Positions 18,398 to 28,127 of a DNA stretch of 64,000 nucleotides are shown here, in pieces. Made by a program: the position numbers and the translations under genes. Every line of letters starts with the position of its first letter. Position 1 is the first letter of the stretch. The notes below the pieces were generated by a model. The model was not told where the DNA came from and searched no databases. It saw only the letters and a program-made list of their open reading frames with translations. The stretch lies in contig CAVULX010000003.1 in the NCBI GenBank assembly GCA_963742415.1, positions 384,001 through 448,000 on the forward strand. The letters run 5' to 3'. Source of the stretch: an uncultured Parachlamydiaceae bacterium. Lineage in GTDB: Bacteria > Chlamydiota > Chlamydiia > Chlamydiales > Parachlamydiaceae.

Positions 18398-20373
18398 GGG
18401 GCCTCGCCTTGCACTTCTTGCATAGCATGATGGAATTTATGTGAAATTTCAGGATTGAACATTTTTATTTTTTCAATGATGACCCGTTGATGCCTTTCGG
18501 GTAAGCTATTAAAGATAGATGCAGCCACTTTGAAGCTCTCAGCCATTTTAAGTCCATACTCCAAAGAGGTTCCCCCCAAAATCCCTGGAAGAGATCCTAG
18601 TAATAGTTCAATCTGATTCGGATCTGTTTCATCAAACTGAGCCATTTCCACCAGGACGTGAGCTTGCAAATCGATCGGCATCCTATTTAACACAACCGAA
18701 GCTCGCTCTTGAGGTAATGAATACAGGATTAAAGCAATGGTTTGAGGAGATTCCTGACCAAGAAATGCAGCAATTTTAGAAGGTTCCCCTTCAGTCAGAA
18801 TTTGCTTAATTGACAGCGGTTCATCTGAGTGCCCTGTTTTTCCGTCATTCTTGCTCAGAATGTTTGGCCGATCTTCCAACTGGGCTTTAATTGCTTCTAG
18901 AACCCCTTCTAGATCTTCTAATCTTTTTTTCTTAGTTCCTTCTTCAGCGGCTTTTAAAACCGAAACCCTTTTGGAATGTTGTTGCACGCGGAACATCATA
19001 TAGAAAATCCCGAAAACGCCCAAAGTGATGATCGCCACAAGCGCTGTGGTTATCGAATTATTTTCCGACCCTGGGGAAATTGCCTCTATCATGACTGGAG
19101 GGGGAGGGATCGGCGTCCGGTCGAACTTAATAAAATTAACAGACTGCGAAACATGAGCTGTATATCCTTTGAGGATGACTTCGAGCTGACTTTCGATATT
19201 TTTCTTCAATTTTTCTTCATTCGAAGCAATCTGATTTTCGTTTTGCTCTACTCCTTTAGCCGGAGCAAAAATTTGGTCGTCGATTAACACACCTATCGAT
19301 AAGGCATCTATTTTGCCGGGCACACTGGTAATTTTGACATGGTCTACGGGCACTGCCATTTGTCTAAACTGTTGCGTTGCGAATAGCTCGGGTTGATTCT
19401 GAGAGGAAGGATTGCCTCCGTTTTGTTCGGAAGATTTCGATTGCTCTTTTGCTTTAATCGGTTGCTCGCCTGTCTCAGAAATAGACGTGACAACGGACGA
19501 CCCTAAGCTAACTCCGTCAACCGAGCCGGTGTAGACTTTTCTTTCTTCAGAAATTTTATTTCTATTCATTGTCACTTGCACAGTACTATAAAAGTTGCCT
19601 GCGCCCACCACAGTCGTTAGCATCCCATCAATTTTTGCTTTTAAATATCCTTCTGCAGATAACTCCGCATTGCGAATCGAATCCAAGCCCCCTTCAGGAT
19701 CTATGGCTTGATAGAGGTGCCCATTAGTGTCGGAAATCGCCACCATATTCCCGGTAAGGCCTCTGACCGCTCCGGCAACATGAAAGGTAATGGCACGCAG
19801 TTCTTGAGAATTTAAACGAGCGCCCGGTTTCAAGCTTAAGATGACAGAGGCTTTAGCTTTGTAGTTTGCAGCCCCAAAAGGACGGGGAGGGGGAACATCA
19901 AGAATGACGTTAGCGCTTCGTACATTCTCAAATTGGGAAATATCATTTTCAAGCTGCCCTTTAAGTGCCCTTAATTCAAGAACCTGGAGCTCTTTTTCCC
20001 CTTTAATCCACGTGCTGCTATCGAAAAGCTCAAATCCTTTTTTCGTTTGCGTTTTTGGCAATCCGTTGAAAGCCAACTCTGCTCGCACCTGGTGTTCTTT
20101 CTCTTTTGGAATCCATATCCCTTTGTTTTCGGAAATTTTATAAGGAATATTTGCGCTTTCAAAATAGGCTTTAATTTGTGCAATATCAATGCTTTGCATC
20201 CGTTCAGGCGAATACAGCATCACATAGTTCATTGAATTGGACATGATCAGCACGACCGTCCCTAGCAAAATAAGTAGCCCTAGAATAGCAGCAAAAGCGG
20301 TTTTTTGAGAAAGCTTAAGATCCAGCCAAAAAGTTTTTAGCTGCTGTAAAAAATTTGCGAAAAAGGAATACAT
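18394..20373 (-). CDS. fliF: MS-ring protein FliF fused to a truncated FliG (middle domain plus ARM-C)
   Basis: TM1, GLPK..GFELFD, RALKGQLENDI, ASVILSL, VAGAVRGL, RBM3-like region, TM2; then QESPQTIALILYSL...AASIFNSL...NPEISHKF matching FliG EHPQTIALILSYL...AAEILN...DPELAEEI. Confidence 0.85.
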   Translation of the reverse strand: MYSFFANFLQQLKTFWLDLKLSQKTAFAAILGLLILLGTVVLIMSNSMNYVMLYSPERMQSIDIAQIKAYFESANIPYKISENKGIWIPKEKEHQVRAELAFNGLPKTQTKKGFELFDSSTWIKGEKELQVLELRALKGQLENDISQFENVRSANVILDVPPPRPFGAANYKAKASVILSLKPGARLNSQELRAITFHVAGAVRGLTGNMVAISDTNGHLYQAIDPEGGLDSIRNAELSAEGYLKAKIDGMLTTVVGAGNFYSTVQVTMNRNKISEERKVYTGSVDGVSLGSSVVTSISETGEQPIKAKEQSKSSEQNGGNPSSQNQPELFATQQFRQMAVPVDHVKITSVPGKIDALSIGVLIDDQIFAPAKGVEQNENQIASNEEKLKKNIESQLEVILKGYTAHVSQSVNFIKFDRTPIPPPPVMIEAISPGSENNSITTALVAIITLGVFGIFYMMFRVQQHSKRVSVLKAAEEGTKKKRLEDLEGVLEAIKAQLEDRPNILSKNDGKTGHSDEPLSIKQILTEGEPSKIAAFLGQESPQTIALILYSLPQERASVVLNRMPIDLQAHVLVEMAQFDETDPNQIELLLGSLPGILGGTSLEYGLKMAESFKVAASIFNSLPERHQRVIIEKIKMFNPEISHKFHHAMQEVQGEAP

Positions 20374-20490
20374 GATAAAGCTAACCTTATAAATTAAGAA
20401 GATAGCTTTTTATTTACAGCAGATGGAACGGGAAATCAAACTAAATTTTTTAATTACCTTGGTTTCTTTGACTGTGAGGGTGTTTAAGTT

Positions 20491-21546
20491 CTAATGCTTC
20501 AGGATTTTTTGGAGCTCATCGTAGACCTCATCGACTCCGATCCTTTTCATGCAACGAAAGTCGATGGGGCAGACTCTTTTGTAGCATGGAGAGCATTCGA
20601 CCCTCTTGTGGATCACCTTTCCTAAATTATAGGGACCTGTTTGAACGTCGCTTGTCGATCCGAATAAAGCCAAAAGCGGAGTTCCTAGAGCTGCTGAGAT
20701 GTGCATCGGTCCGCTATCGTTCGTCAGTAAGACTTTACACAATTGAATGAGGGCCATTAACTCCCTTAAATTCGTTTTTCCGGCCAAGTTTAAGACTCTT
20801 GGGGGCAAGTCTTTGCATATCTCATTCACGAGCGGCGCCCCGGCGGGATCGCCAAAGAATAAAACGACATTTTTCGGTTCTTCCAATAAACGTTCTGCAA
20901 TGTTGCGAAAACGGTCCGGCAACCAACATTTAGACGAGCCATAAGCGGCCCCGGGATTAATTCCGATGAGAGTATGAGTATCAGGTGAGGCTTTTAAATT
21001 GAGAAGAAGTTCCCGTGCCGCTTCCGTTTCTTCCTTACTCACATAAAGCTTTGGGGGGGTAGTGGAAAGTGGAATCCCCAGCGGCTGAAGCAACATCTTG
21101 TAAGTGATAACAAGATGCTGTGTTTTTCTTTCTTTTGGAAAGGGAACCGCTTTATTGAGAAGCCAACTGCGGCAATTGCAGGTAAAACCAATCCGGTTGC
21201 CGACTTTCCCTCTCCAAAACCACCAAGCTGAAGAAAAGGAATTGGTAAGCAAAACACCCAAATCGTATTCTCCCCGTTGCAATGATTCAATGATTTCTAA
21301 GTGTTGCCAGCGGTGGATCCACCCACTAGGGCGGTGATAGCTATAGATTTCGTCGAGATGGGGGTCATGCTTTAAAAGAGCTGCGACATTGGATTGACAC
21401 ATGGCAGTTATACGAGATTCGGGCCAGCGTTTCCTGAGATCGGCTAAAACTGGAGTAGCCATCACGAGATCACCTAACCAATTCGGCATTCGAACAAGGA
21501 TGTTTTTTGGTTCTTTCGGCGGCCAAGATTTTTCCTGAAATTTCAT
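20491..21546 (-). CDS. waaF: LPS heptosyltransferase II-like (GT9)
   Basis: PNWLGDLVM, NSFSSA, NPGAAYGSSKCW, TNDSGPMH, LFGST, CSPCYKRVCP. Confidence 0.88.
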   Translation of the reverse strand: MKFQEKSWPPKEPKNILVRMPNWLGDLVMATPVLADLRKRWPESRITAMCQSNVAALLKHDPHLDEIYSYHRPSGWIHRWQHLEIIESLQRGEYDLGVLLTNSFSSAWWFWRGKVGNRIGFTCNCRSWLLNKAVPFPKERKTQHLVITYKMLLQPLGIPLSTTPPKLYVSKEETEAARELLLNLKASPDTHTLIGINPGAAYGSSKCWLPDRFRNIAERLLEEPKNVVLFFGDPAGAPLVNEICKDLPPRVLNLAGKTNLRELMALIQLCKVLLTNDSGPMHISAALGTPLLALFGSTSDVQTGPYNLGKVIHKRVECSPCYKRVCPIDFRCMKRIGVDEVYDELQKILKH

Positions 21547-21626
21547 ACTGTTTGCCTTGATTAAATCTTGCCTTCTATCATAATAGTATTATGCTAAAGT
21601 TGAAAGGATAAAAGGAGATATACCGC

Positions 21627-24600
21627 TTGACTAAGACAATTTATTCAGAGGAAGAGATTAAGCAAATTTTGCAAGCCATTTTTCTTGAAAAAAAGCATTC
21701 CAAAGATGTGAAGTTAAAATTGCAAGACAAGACCAATGAATGTGCTCGTTTGCAACATGAGCTTGAAGAACTTCAGAAAAAGATGCAAACGATCCCTTTA
21801 GATGATGTCCGCAAATTGAAAAATCTCCTTTTTGCATTTAAGAAAAAACATGCCCAAGCCCTTTCCTCTATAGATGAAAAAAACAAACAGCTTGCTCAAC
21901 TAACTCAAACAACTTCCGATATAGATGATTTAGAAAGTGAAAACCGTGCTTTAATCTCTCAAATATCAGCTATTAAAGAAAAATTTTACAAAATTCAAAA
22001 CGCAGCCCCCTCGGAAAAAGAGATTAATGTCATCTCAGAAAAGTTCCAAGCAAAGTTGAATGCAGCTAACGAAATCTTAAATAAGGCTCAAGAAGAGCTC
22101 AACGAAGAGCAACAGGAAAAGGTCCATTTTAAAGCTAAGTTGGAGGAGATGACTTCTCTAAAAGAGCATTTCGAAAGACAAAACCTCGACTTAGTCCGGC
22201 AAGTTCATCATCTTGAGCCATTCAAAGAGATGACCTTGACAGCACAACAAAAGATGGCTGAATTTGAACGGATGAGGGAAGAGGATTTCGATGAAATTGA
22301 GAGCTTAAAAGAAAAAATTTCATCTAATACATTGACTGAAGACCAATTACATCTCATTGAAGACCTGAAAGAGCAATTACTTGAAATCAAAGGGGAAAAC
22401 CAAACACTAACCCACCAAGATCTGACCTTAAGGCAACGTTTTGAACAATCTGAAGGGGAACTCACCCTTGTTAAAGAAAAACATTTTCAACTTGCTGATA
22501 AATTAAAACACAGTGAATTGTGCCAAAGCGAAAATCTTCATCGAATTGAAGATCTCTTGATTCAAGTTAAGCAAATGGAGGTATTGAAAGCTTTCCTGAC
22601 CCAAGAAGAGGAGCGAAATAAGGAATTAACCCAAGAACTGAATAAAATAAAAGAGTTCTCGCAAAAAGACCAGAAACAGATTGATGATTTGTTGTTTCAA
22701 ACAAAACAAGTAGAAACATTGAAATCTCTGTTGTCTCAAAGGGAAGAACGAAATAGAGAAATAACTCAAGAACTAAATAGAGTAAAAGAACTCTCTCAAG
22801 GAGACCGGCAGCAGATTGACGATTTAGTGATTCAAACAAAGCAAATAGAGTCCTTGAAGTACTTGTTGGCTCAGCAAGAAGGAAAAAACAAAGAGTTATA
22901 TCAAGAGCTGAATCAACTAAAAGAACTCTTTGAAAATGAACATCTGCAAATTTCAGATTTGTTAATCCAAGCACAGCAAGGGGAAACACTCAAATCCTTA
23001 CTGGCCCAACAAGAAGAAACAAATCAAGAATTGCATCAGGAGCTCAAACGAGCGAGAGAATTCTCTGATAGAGATCGCCAGCAAATTGAAGACTTGTTGG
23101 TCCAAGCAAAACAAGGGGAAACTTTCAAATCGTTGTTGGCTCAGCAGGAAGATATCAACAAAGAATTAAACCTCGAACTGAATCAAGCTAAAGAAATTTC
23201 TGAACGGGATCAACATCATATCGAAGATCTGTTGCTTCATACAAAACAAATTGAGAATTTGAAATCCTTATTTGTTCAACAAGAAGAAGCAAATAACGAG
23301 TTGAATCGGGAGCTGCAACAAGCTAAAGAATTCGCTGAAAGAGATCGCCAGCGAATTGAAAAAATTGCCGCACAACTATTGGAAAAGGACAAAAAGATTT
23401 ATGATTTGCAACATTTGGAAGTACGCCTTAAACGTCTGACTGAGCAAAAGCAAGCCATCGAACAAGAGTTAGAAAAAGTTCAAAATGAAGCCATAAACCG
23501 GGAAAATGTCCTCAAAGAACATCAACAACATCAAGTGCAATTAGAAAGGGTGATCCAATTTCTCAGAGAAAAATCGGAAGGGGCTCGTTTAGAAGTCACT
23601 TCCCTGCAAGAAGAGATTCAGAAATCAGCAGAATCGTTTTTAAAGTTAACAAACGACTTGAAAACAACCAAAGAAGCGCACGATCAACTCGCAGAACAGC
23701 TGAAACACGAACAAGAAGAAAAACAAGAAGTGCATCAGGAGATTACTACCCTGCATTTGCAGGTGGAACAATTGCGAAGCCATCTCACTTCTACACAGCA
23801 AGAACTTAACGAACAACAGTCTGGTTATGAAAAAGCTAAAAAACAGTTGGCTCAACTTGAATCCCAAAATCGGGTATTTTCCGAAACCATTTCCGAAAAA
23901 AACAAAAGTATCGAATTTTTTGAAAAAGAGACAGCTCTGATCAAACAGTCGCTTATCCGTGGTTTGCGAGAAGCTAAAGAGCTTGAGGGGCATTATGCCG
24001 AAGTTGCCAAAGAAAAAGCCTCCATGCAAGCTAAACTGCACCAATCTCAACATCTCTTAGATAAACAAAGAAATGAGATCCACGAACTACAAGAAAAAAT
24101 AAGAAGCGCCGAATCTAATACCTCATCGGCCTATCAGAATATTGAGCAGCTCAATCAACGGCTTGCTGAAAAGCAAACAAATCTTCAGCAACAAGAGGAA
24201 ATAATTAAAGAAAAAGAAGCAACTTTACAAAGTCAGTTGCAACAAATCGAGCTCTTAAAACAGGAGCAATTATCTTTACAGGGAGGATTATCCCACGCTA
24301 AAAATATCATAGAAGAAAAAGAAAATGAGTTGACCCAAGCCCAGCACCATCTCGCCAAAAAAGTCAAAGAAGCAGCCCAGCTTGAAGACAAAAATGAGGA
24401 ACAAAAACATTTAATAGCAGAGCTTCAAGAGACCCTTGTAAAAAATAAAATCCGAATTGCTGAGTTGCAAACAAGCGTCGACATTCAAGAACAGCAATCC
24501 AAACAATCTCAAGAACGGCTTCAAGAAGCCTTAAAAGCAGCTCGTACGCTTGAAACAAAATGGGAAGAAAAATATGGATCCCTTTCCGAAAAATGGGAAG

Positions 24601-24872
24601 CAGCTGAGGGTCGTATCAAAGAACTTGAGAAAATCGAAGAAAAGCAAAAACATTTGCAAGGTTTGCTTTCAAGCCTAGGAAGTTTTTTTGAAGGCCCCAT
24701 TCCGGCAACACCGGTAGAATCCTCTAAATCAACAAGGGGCTCGTTTTTAGAGGAACCCAGAAGGGCACCCCAACCGACAGAAAAGCCGCAAGAGCCTTCA
24801 AAGTCTCCCTATCAAAACCTTTTTAATATGCCCAAACCGCCAGGCCGACCACGCCAAAACTTTTTGGAGTAG
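21627..24872 (+). CDS. Very long coiled-coil protein with six internal 45-aa repeats
   Basis: 1081 aa, E/K/Q/L-rich, Pro-rich tail; TTG start after ggag RBS. Confidence 0.85.
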   Translation: MTKTIYSEEEIKQILQAIFLEKKHSKDVKLKLQDKTNECARLQHELEELQKKMQTIPLDDVRKLKNLLFAFKKKHAQALSSIDEKNKQLAQLTQTTSDIDDLESENRALISQISAIKEKFYKIQNAAPSEKEINVISEKFQAKLNAANEILNKAQEELNEEQQEKVHFKAKLEEMTSLKEHFERQNLDLVRQVHHLEPFKEMTLTAQQKMAEFERMREEDFDEIESLKEKISSNTLTEDQLHLIEDLKEQLLEIKGENQTLTHQDLTLRQRFEQSEGELTLVKEKHFQLADKLKHSELCQSENLHRIEDLLIQVKQMEVLKAFLTQEEERNKELTQELNKIKEFSQKDQKQIDDLLFQTKQVETLKSLLSQREERNREITQELNRVKELSQGDRQQIDDLVIQTKQIESLKYLLAQQEGKNKELYQELNQLKELFENEHLQISDLLIQAQQGETLKSLLAQQEETNQELHQELKRAREFSDRDRQQIEDLLVQAKQGETFKSLLAQQEDINKELNLELNQAKEISERDQHHIEDLLLHTKQIENLKSLFVQQEEANNELNRELQQAKEFAERDRQRIEKIAAQLLEKDKKIYDLQHLEVRLKRLTEQKQAIEQELEKVQNEAINRENVLKEHQQHQVQLERVIQFLREKSEGARLEVTSLQEEIQKSAESFLKLTNDLKTTKEAHDQLAEQLKHEQEEKQEVHQEITTLHLQVEQLRSHLTSTQQELNEQQSGYEKAKKQLAQLESQNRVFSETISEKNKSIEFFEKETALIKQSLIRGLREAKELEGHYAEVAKEKASMQAKLHQSQHLLDKQRNEIHELQEKIRSAESNTSSAYQNIEQLNQRLAEKQTNLQQQEEIIKEKEATLQSQLQQIELLKQEQLSLQGGLSHAKNIIEEKENELTQAQHHLAKKVKEAAQLEDKNEEQKHLIAELQETLVKNKIRIAELQTSVDIQEQQSKQSQERLQEALKAARTLETKWEEKYGSLSEKWEAAEGRIKELEKIEEKQKHLQGLLSSLGSFFEGPIPATPVESSKSTRGSFLEEPRRAPQPTEKPQEPSKSPYQNLFNMPKPPGRPRQNFLE
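22545..23354 (+). repeat. Six in-frame tandem 135-bp (45-aa) repeats
   Basis: Unit consensus IxDLLxQxKQxExLKSLLxQQExxNxELxQELxxxKExSxxDxQQ, six copies. Confidence 0.9.
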
Positions 24873-24879
24873 GTATTTT

Positions 24880-25377
24880 GTGATTGTTATTGGCATCGAT
24901 CCAGGCACTAATATCACAGGCTACGGCATCGTGCAAGTCAAGGATTCAATGCTCTGTACTTTGGATTATGGCTGCATTAAGCCCCCCACTCACTTCAAGA
25001 TTTCAGACCGTTATCTGATTATTTTTGATAATATTGAACTTCTGCTGGATACTTACAAGCCAGACGTTTTAGTGGTGGAAACACAGTACGTAAAAAAAAA
25101 TCCCCAAAGCGCAATCAAACTCGGAATGGCACGAGGGATTGTTATCATCGCCGCCAAACGAAAAGGGATAGAGGTCTACGAATATGCCCCTGCAAAAGCA
25201 AAACGAGCGGTAGTCGGCAACGGACGCGCCAGCAAATATCAAGTCCAAGGCATGGTCAAAAATCTCCTTGGGTTGGATTCCATTCCTGAGCCTGAAGATG
25301 CCGCGGACGCCTTAGCATTAGCTTTGTGTCACGTTCACGCTAGCCGAATACCCCATCTATTAGGCACTCAAATGTAA
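24880..25377 (+). CDS. ruvC: Holliday junction resolvase
   Basis: IGIDPG, VVETQY, LGMARG, VVGNGRASKYQV, DAADALALALCH. Confidence 0.97.
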   Translation: MIVIGIDPGTNITGYGIVQVKDSMLCTLDYGCIKPPTHFKISDRYLIIFDNIELLLDTYKPDVLVVETQYVKKNPQSAIKLGMARGIVIIAAKRKGIEVYEYAPAKAKRAVVGNGRASKYQVQGMVKNLLGLDSIPEPEDAADALALALCHVHASRIPHLLGTQM

Positions 25378-25389
25378 AAAATCATTGAT

Positions 25390-25610
25390 TTCACTGCCCT
25401 CTAAATGATTAGACACAGAGAAGAAACAGGATAAGCAAGATCGTAAACGGCAGGATAAGCAAGATATTGAATAAAGAGTAAGAATATGCGGATATGATTA
25501 AATTAAGACTGTTCAAAACATCGTTTTTCTTTTATCTTGCTTATCCTGCCGTTTACGATCATATTTATCCTGTTTCTTCTCTGTGCCTAGTTACTTAGGA
25601 GGTAGTGGAA
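25390..25610. mobile_element. About 200-bp palindromic MITE-like element, copy 1
   Basis: Long imperfect terminal inverted repeats (cacagagaagaaacaggataa...gatcgtaaacggcaggataagcaagata / tatcttgcttatcctgccgtttacgatc...ttatcctgtttcttctctgtg); near-identical copy at 59265..59454. Confidence 0.8.
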
Positions 25611-25623
25611 AATTCCTTATGCA

Positions 25624-26979
25624 TTAACTAGCGCTAATCAAAGTAATTTCTTTCCATTTCCCGCTTTTATAACGGGTATAATAGATTACACAACAAATTG
25701 CGCTATAAGTGACAAATAAAATACATGAAACTTCCACTGAGGCTTTTCCTAAAACAACTATTAAGTAAATTGGCAAAACCAGAAAAATCCAAACAGAAAG
25801 GGAACCCGCCCAACAAAGAAATATCGTGTCCCCTGCGGCTGTAAGCAGGCCTGAAAACAGTAAACGGATCCCTTCAAAAAACAGATAAAATGTCATACAA
25901 AACAATCCAATCGACAGAGCCTCGTGATAAATCAAATATTTCTCTTCGGCAAGATCAGGCAAAAATTGGTGCAATAAATTATCGGAAAAAAAGAAAAACA
26001 AAATTAAAGCAATAAATAAGAATAAAAAATGCATTTTTATTCCAGACTTTAACACACCGGAAATTAAAGAGATTTTTTTTCCCCCTATGAGATTGCCGGC
26101 TACTGTCGTCGCTGCCTTGCTTACCCCTTCAGCAAAAAAGTAAAGCAGGATAATCACGGCCTGACAAATTCCAGCGATGGTAATGTATTTTTCCCCCATC
26201 ATTGCCATAAGCGCATAATAAACCGCAAACCCTAGAACTTCAATGCAAACAAATAGGGCGTTGGGAAAACCCACTTTAAGACATTTTAAAAAAGAATGAA
26301 GCTTGAAAGCCCAATTTCCTGTGCCAAACTCCGCACGGTTAGACTTAGAAAGGAAAATAAACAATAAGATAAACGCCTGAAACAAAGAGCTTCCACTAGT
26401 CGCAATGGCAGCGCCTCGAGCTCCTAAAGAAGGGATCCATCCCTCTATTCCAAAAATTAAAGCATAATCAAGAAATGCATTAATCCCATTGGTTAAAAAG
26501 GCAAGAACTGTAATCAGAAACATTTTCCCCCGACCTACAAAGAACCCGCAAAGGGCTCCATATAAAGGAACACTAGGTCCAAATAGCATCATCCAGAAGA
26601 AATATTCCTGAGCGATCGATTTCTTCTCCCAGAAGACAACTCCTCCATAAAAAGCGAAAGGAATAAAAAAAAGAGAAGATAACAGGGAAAGCCAGACCAT
26701 TTGCCAAACCGGCTCCCCGATTTTCTCTTTTGAACCAGCCCCATTATATTGGGCCACAAACACTTCGGCAATGCTCGCCAAGACCATCCAAGACGCTACA
26801 AATGCCCACCCATAAGTGGAGGCTGTCACGGCAGCATTCAGCGCTTCAGTGGAATAATGCGCGAGCATTAAACGGTCGACAAAAAACATCGCCATGATAG
26901 AAAGGGAAGAAAGCATTAAAGGGAATGCAAGACTGACGAGTTCTAAAAAACTACCAGATTTATAACGAGTTAAAGTCAT
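25624..26979 (-). CDS. MATE family efflux transporter
   Basis: About 12 hydrophobic segments; LAFPLMLS, FVDRLML, NAFLDYALIFG, LGARGAAIAT. Confidence 0.9.
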   Translation of the reverse strand: MTLTRYKSGSFLELVSLAFPLMLSSLSIMAMFFVDRLMLAHYSTEALNAAVTASTYGWAFVASWMVLASIAEVFVAQYNGAGSKEKIGEPVWQMVWLSLLSSLFFIPFAFYGGVVFWEKKSIAQEYFFWMMLFGPSVPLYGALCGFFVGRGKMFLITVLAFLTNGINAFLDYALIFGIEGWIPSLGARGAAIATSGSSLFQAFILLFIFLSKSNRAEFGTGNWAFKLHSFLKCLKVGFPNALFVCIEVLGFAVYYALMAMMGEKYITIAGICQAVIILLYFFAEGVSKAATTVAGNLIGGKKISLISGVLKSGIKMHFLFLFIALILFFFFSDNLLHQFLPDLAEEKYLIYHEALSIGLFCMTFYLFFEGIRLLFSGLLTAAGDTIFLCWAGSLSVWIFLVLPIYLIVVLGKASVEVSCILFVTYSAICCVIYYTRYKSGKWKEITLISAS

Positions 26980-27054
26980 AAAAAAATAAAAATGGGGAAA
27001 ATGCTAGTTTTTATAGAATATCATTTTTCATGATATTTTAGTAAATCGTTTTAC

Positions 27055-27083
27055 TTGCGACTTTTTTTGCTGCCTGATAGCAT
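27055..27083 (+). promoter_or_regulatory. Candidate sigma66/70 promoter of the sct operon
   Basis: TTGCGA-N17-TAGCAT, about 45 bp upstream of sctJ. Confidence 0.45.
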
Positions 27084-27125
27084 GCAACTTAATAACCTGT
27101 TACTTTAGATTTGTGGGATGTTGTC

Positions 27126-28115
27126 ATGATGCAAATAACTACAGTGAAGAATTTTTATCGCCCCTTTCCAACATTGACAAAACTTTTGTTATTTTTATGC
27201 TGCATTGGAATCTTTACTAGTTGCGGAAGCCAAAAAGTCATTGTCAGTGGATTAAGCCAAAAAGAAGCGAATGAAATTATTGTATTTCTTGCCGGCAAAG
27301 GGATCGATGCCAACAAGGCTGAAACCACAGCAGCAGCGGGAGCTGGCGGGGCTAAAGTGCAGCTCTATGACATCTCAGTTGATCCCGTAAGAGCGATTGA
27401 AGCCATGGCGCTCCTCAACCAGGCCGGATTGCCAAGAACCCGCGGACAAAACTTATTGGAAATTTTCGGCAACGTCGGCTTAGTCCCCTCCGATTTGGAG
27501 CAAAAAATCCGGTATGAAGCCGGGTTAGCAGAGCAGATTGCAAGCACAATCAGAAAAATTGATGGGGTTCTCGATGCCGAGGTGCAAATTTCTTTTCCTC
27601 AAGAAGATCCTCTTAACCCAGGTAAATACATAGGCAAAATTACAGGCTCTGTCTTCGTAAAACATTCCGGAATTTTGGATGACCCAAATAGCCATTTGAT
27701 CACCAAGATTAAAAGGTTAGTGGCTTCCAGCGTCACGGGATTAGATTATGATAATGTAACCGTCATCCCTGTCCGAGCACGCTATAATGAAATTCAACCA
27801 GGAACGACAGGTGTCTTAACCGAAGAAGAAAAACAATATGTCGACGTCTGGTCTATTATTCTCGCTAAAGATTCTGTGATGAGGTTTCAAATTATCTTTT
27901 TCTCCTTTGTCGTGATCATTTTTATTTTGCTATCCTTTTTTGTCTGGATAGGCTGGAAAATTCATCCCCTCTTGAATCAATATGGAGGGTTCAGGGCCTT
28001 ATTTCATTTGCATCCTCTTAAACTAAAAGAAACTCCTGAACAAAAAGAAGCTGAAACGAAAGAAGAAACCACTGCCGAAAAAGAAGAAACAGACAAAGAT
28101 GTGGACATCACCTAA
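27126..28115 (+). CDS. sctJ: T3SS inner-ring lipoprotein SctJ/CdsJ
   Basis: Lipobox FTSC; GLSQKEANEIIVFL, GLPR, GLVPS, IRKIDGVLDAEVQIS; C-terminal TM. Exact start uncertain (27111/27126/27129). Confidence 0.95.
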   Translation: MMQITTVKNFYRPFPTLTKLLLFLCCIGIFTSCGSQKVIVSGLSQKEANEIIVFLAGKGIDANKAETTAAAGAGGAKVQLYDISVDPVRAIEAMALLNQAGLPRTRGQNLLEIFGNVGLVPSDLEQKIRYEAGLAEQIASTIRKIDGVLDAEVQISFPQEDPLNPGKYIGKITGSVFVKHSGILDDPNSHLITKIKRLVASSVTGLDYDNVTVIPVRARYNEIQPGTTGVLTEEEKQYVDVWSIILAKDSVMRFQIIFFSFVVIIFILLSFFVWIGWKIHPLLNQYGGFRALFHLHPLKLKETPEQKEAETKEETTAEKEETDKDVDIT

Positions 28116-28127
28116 TGGGGTTGAGCT

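Noticed and set aside
21627-24872. SMC/SbcC ATPase
   Set aside because: No Walker A/B or signature motifs at either end.
25390-25610. CRISPR array
   Set aside because: Sub-repeats are inverted and nested, with no unique regular spacers and no cas genes.
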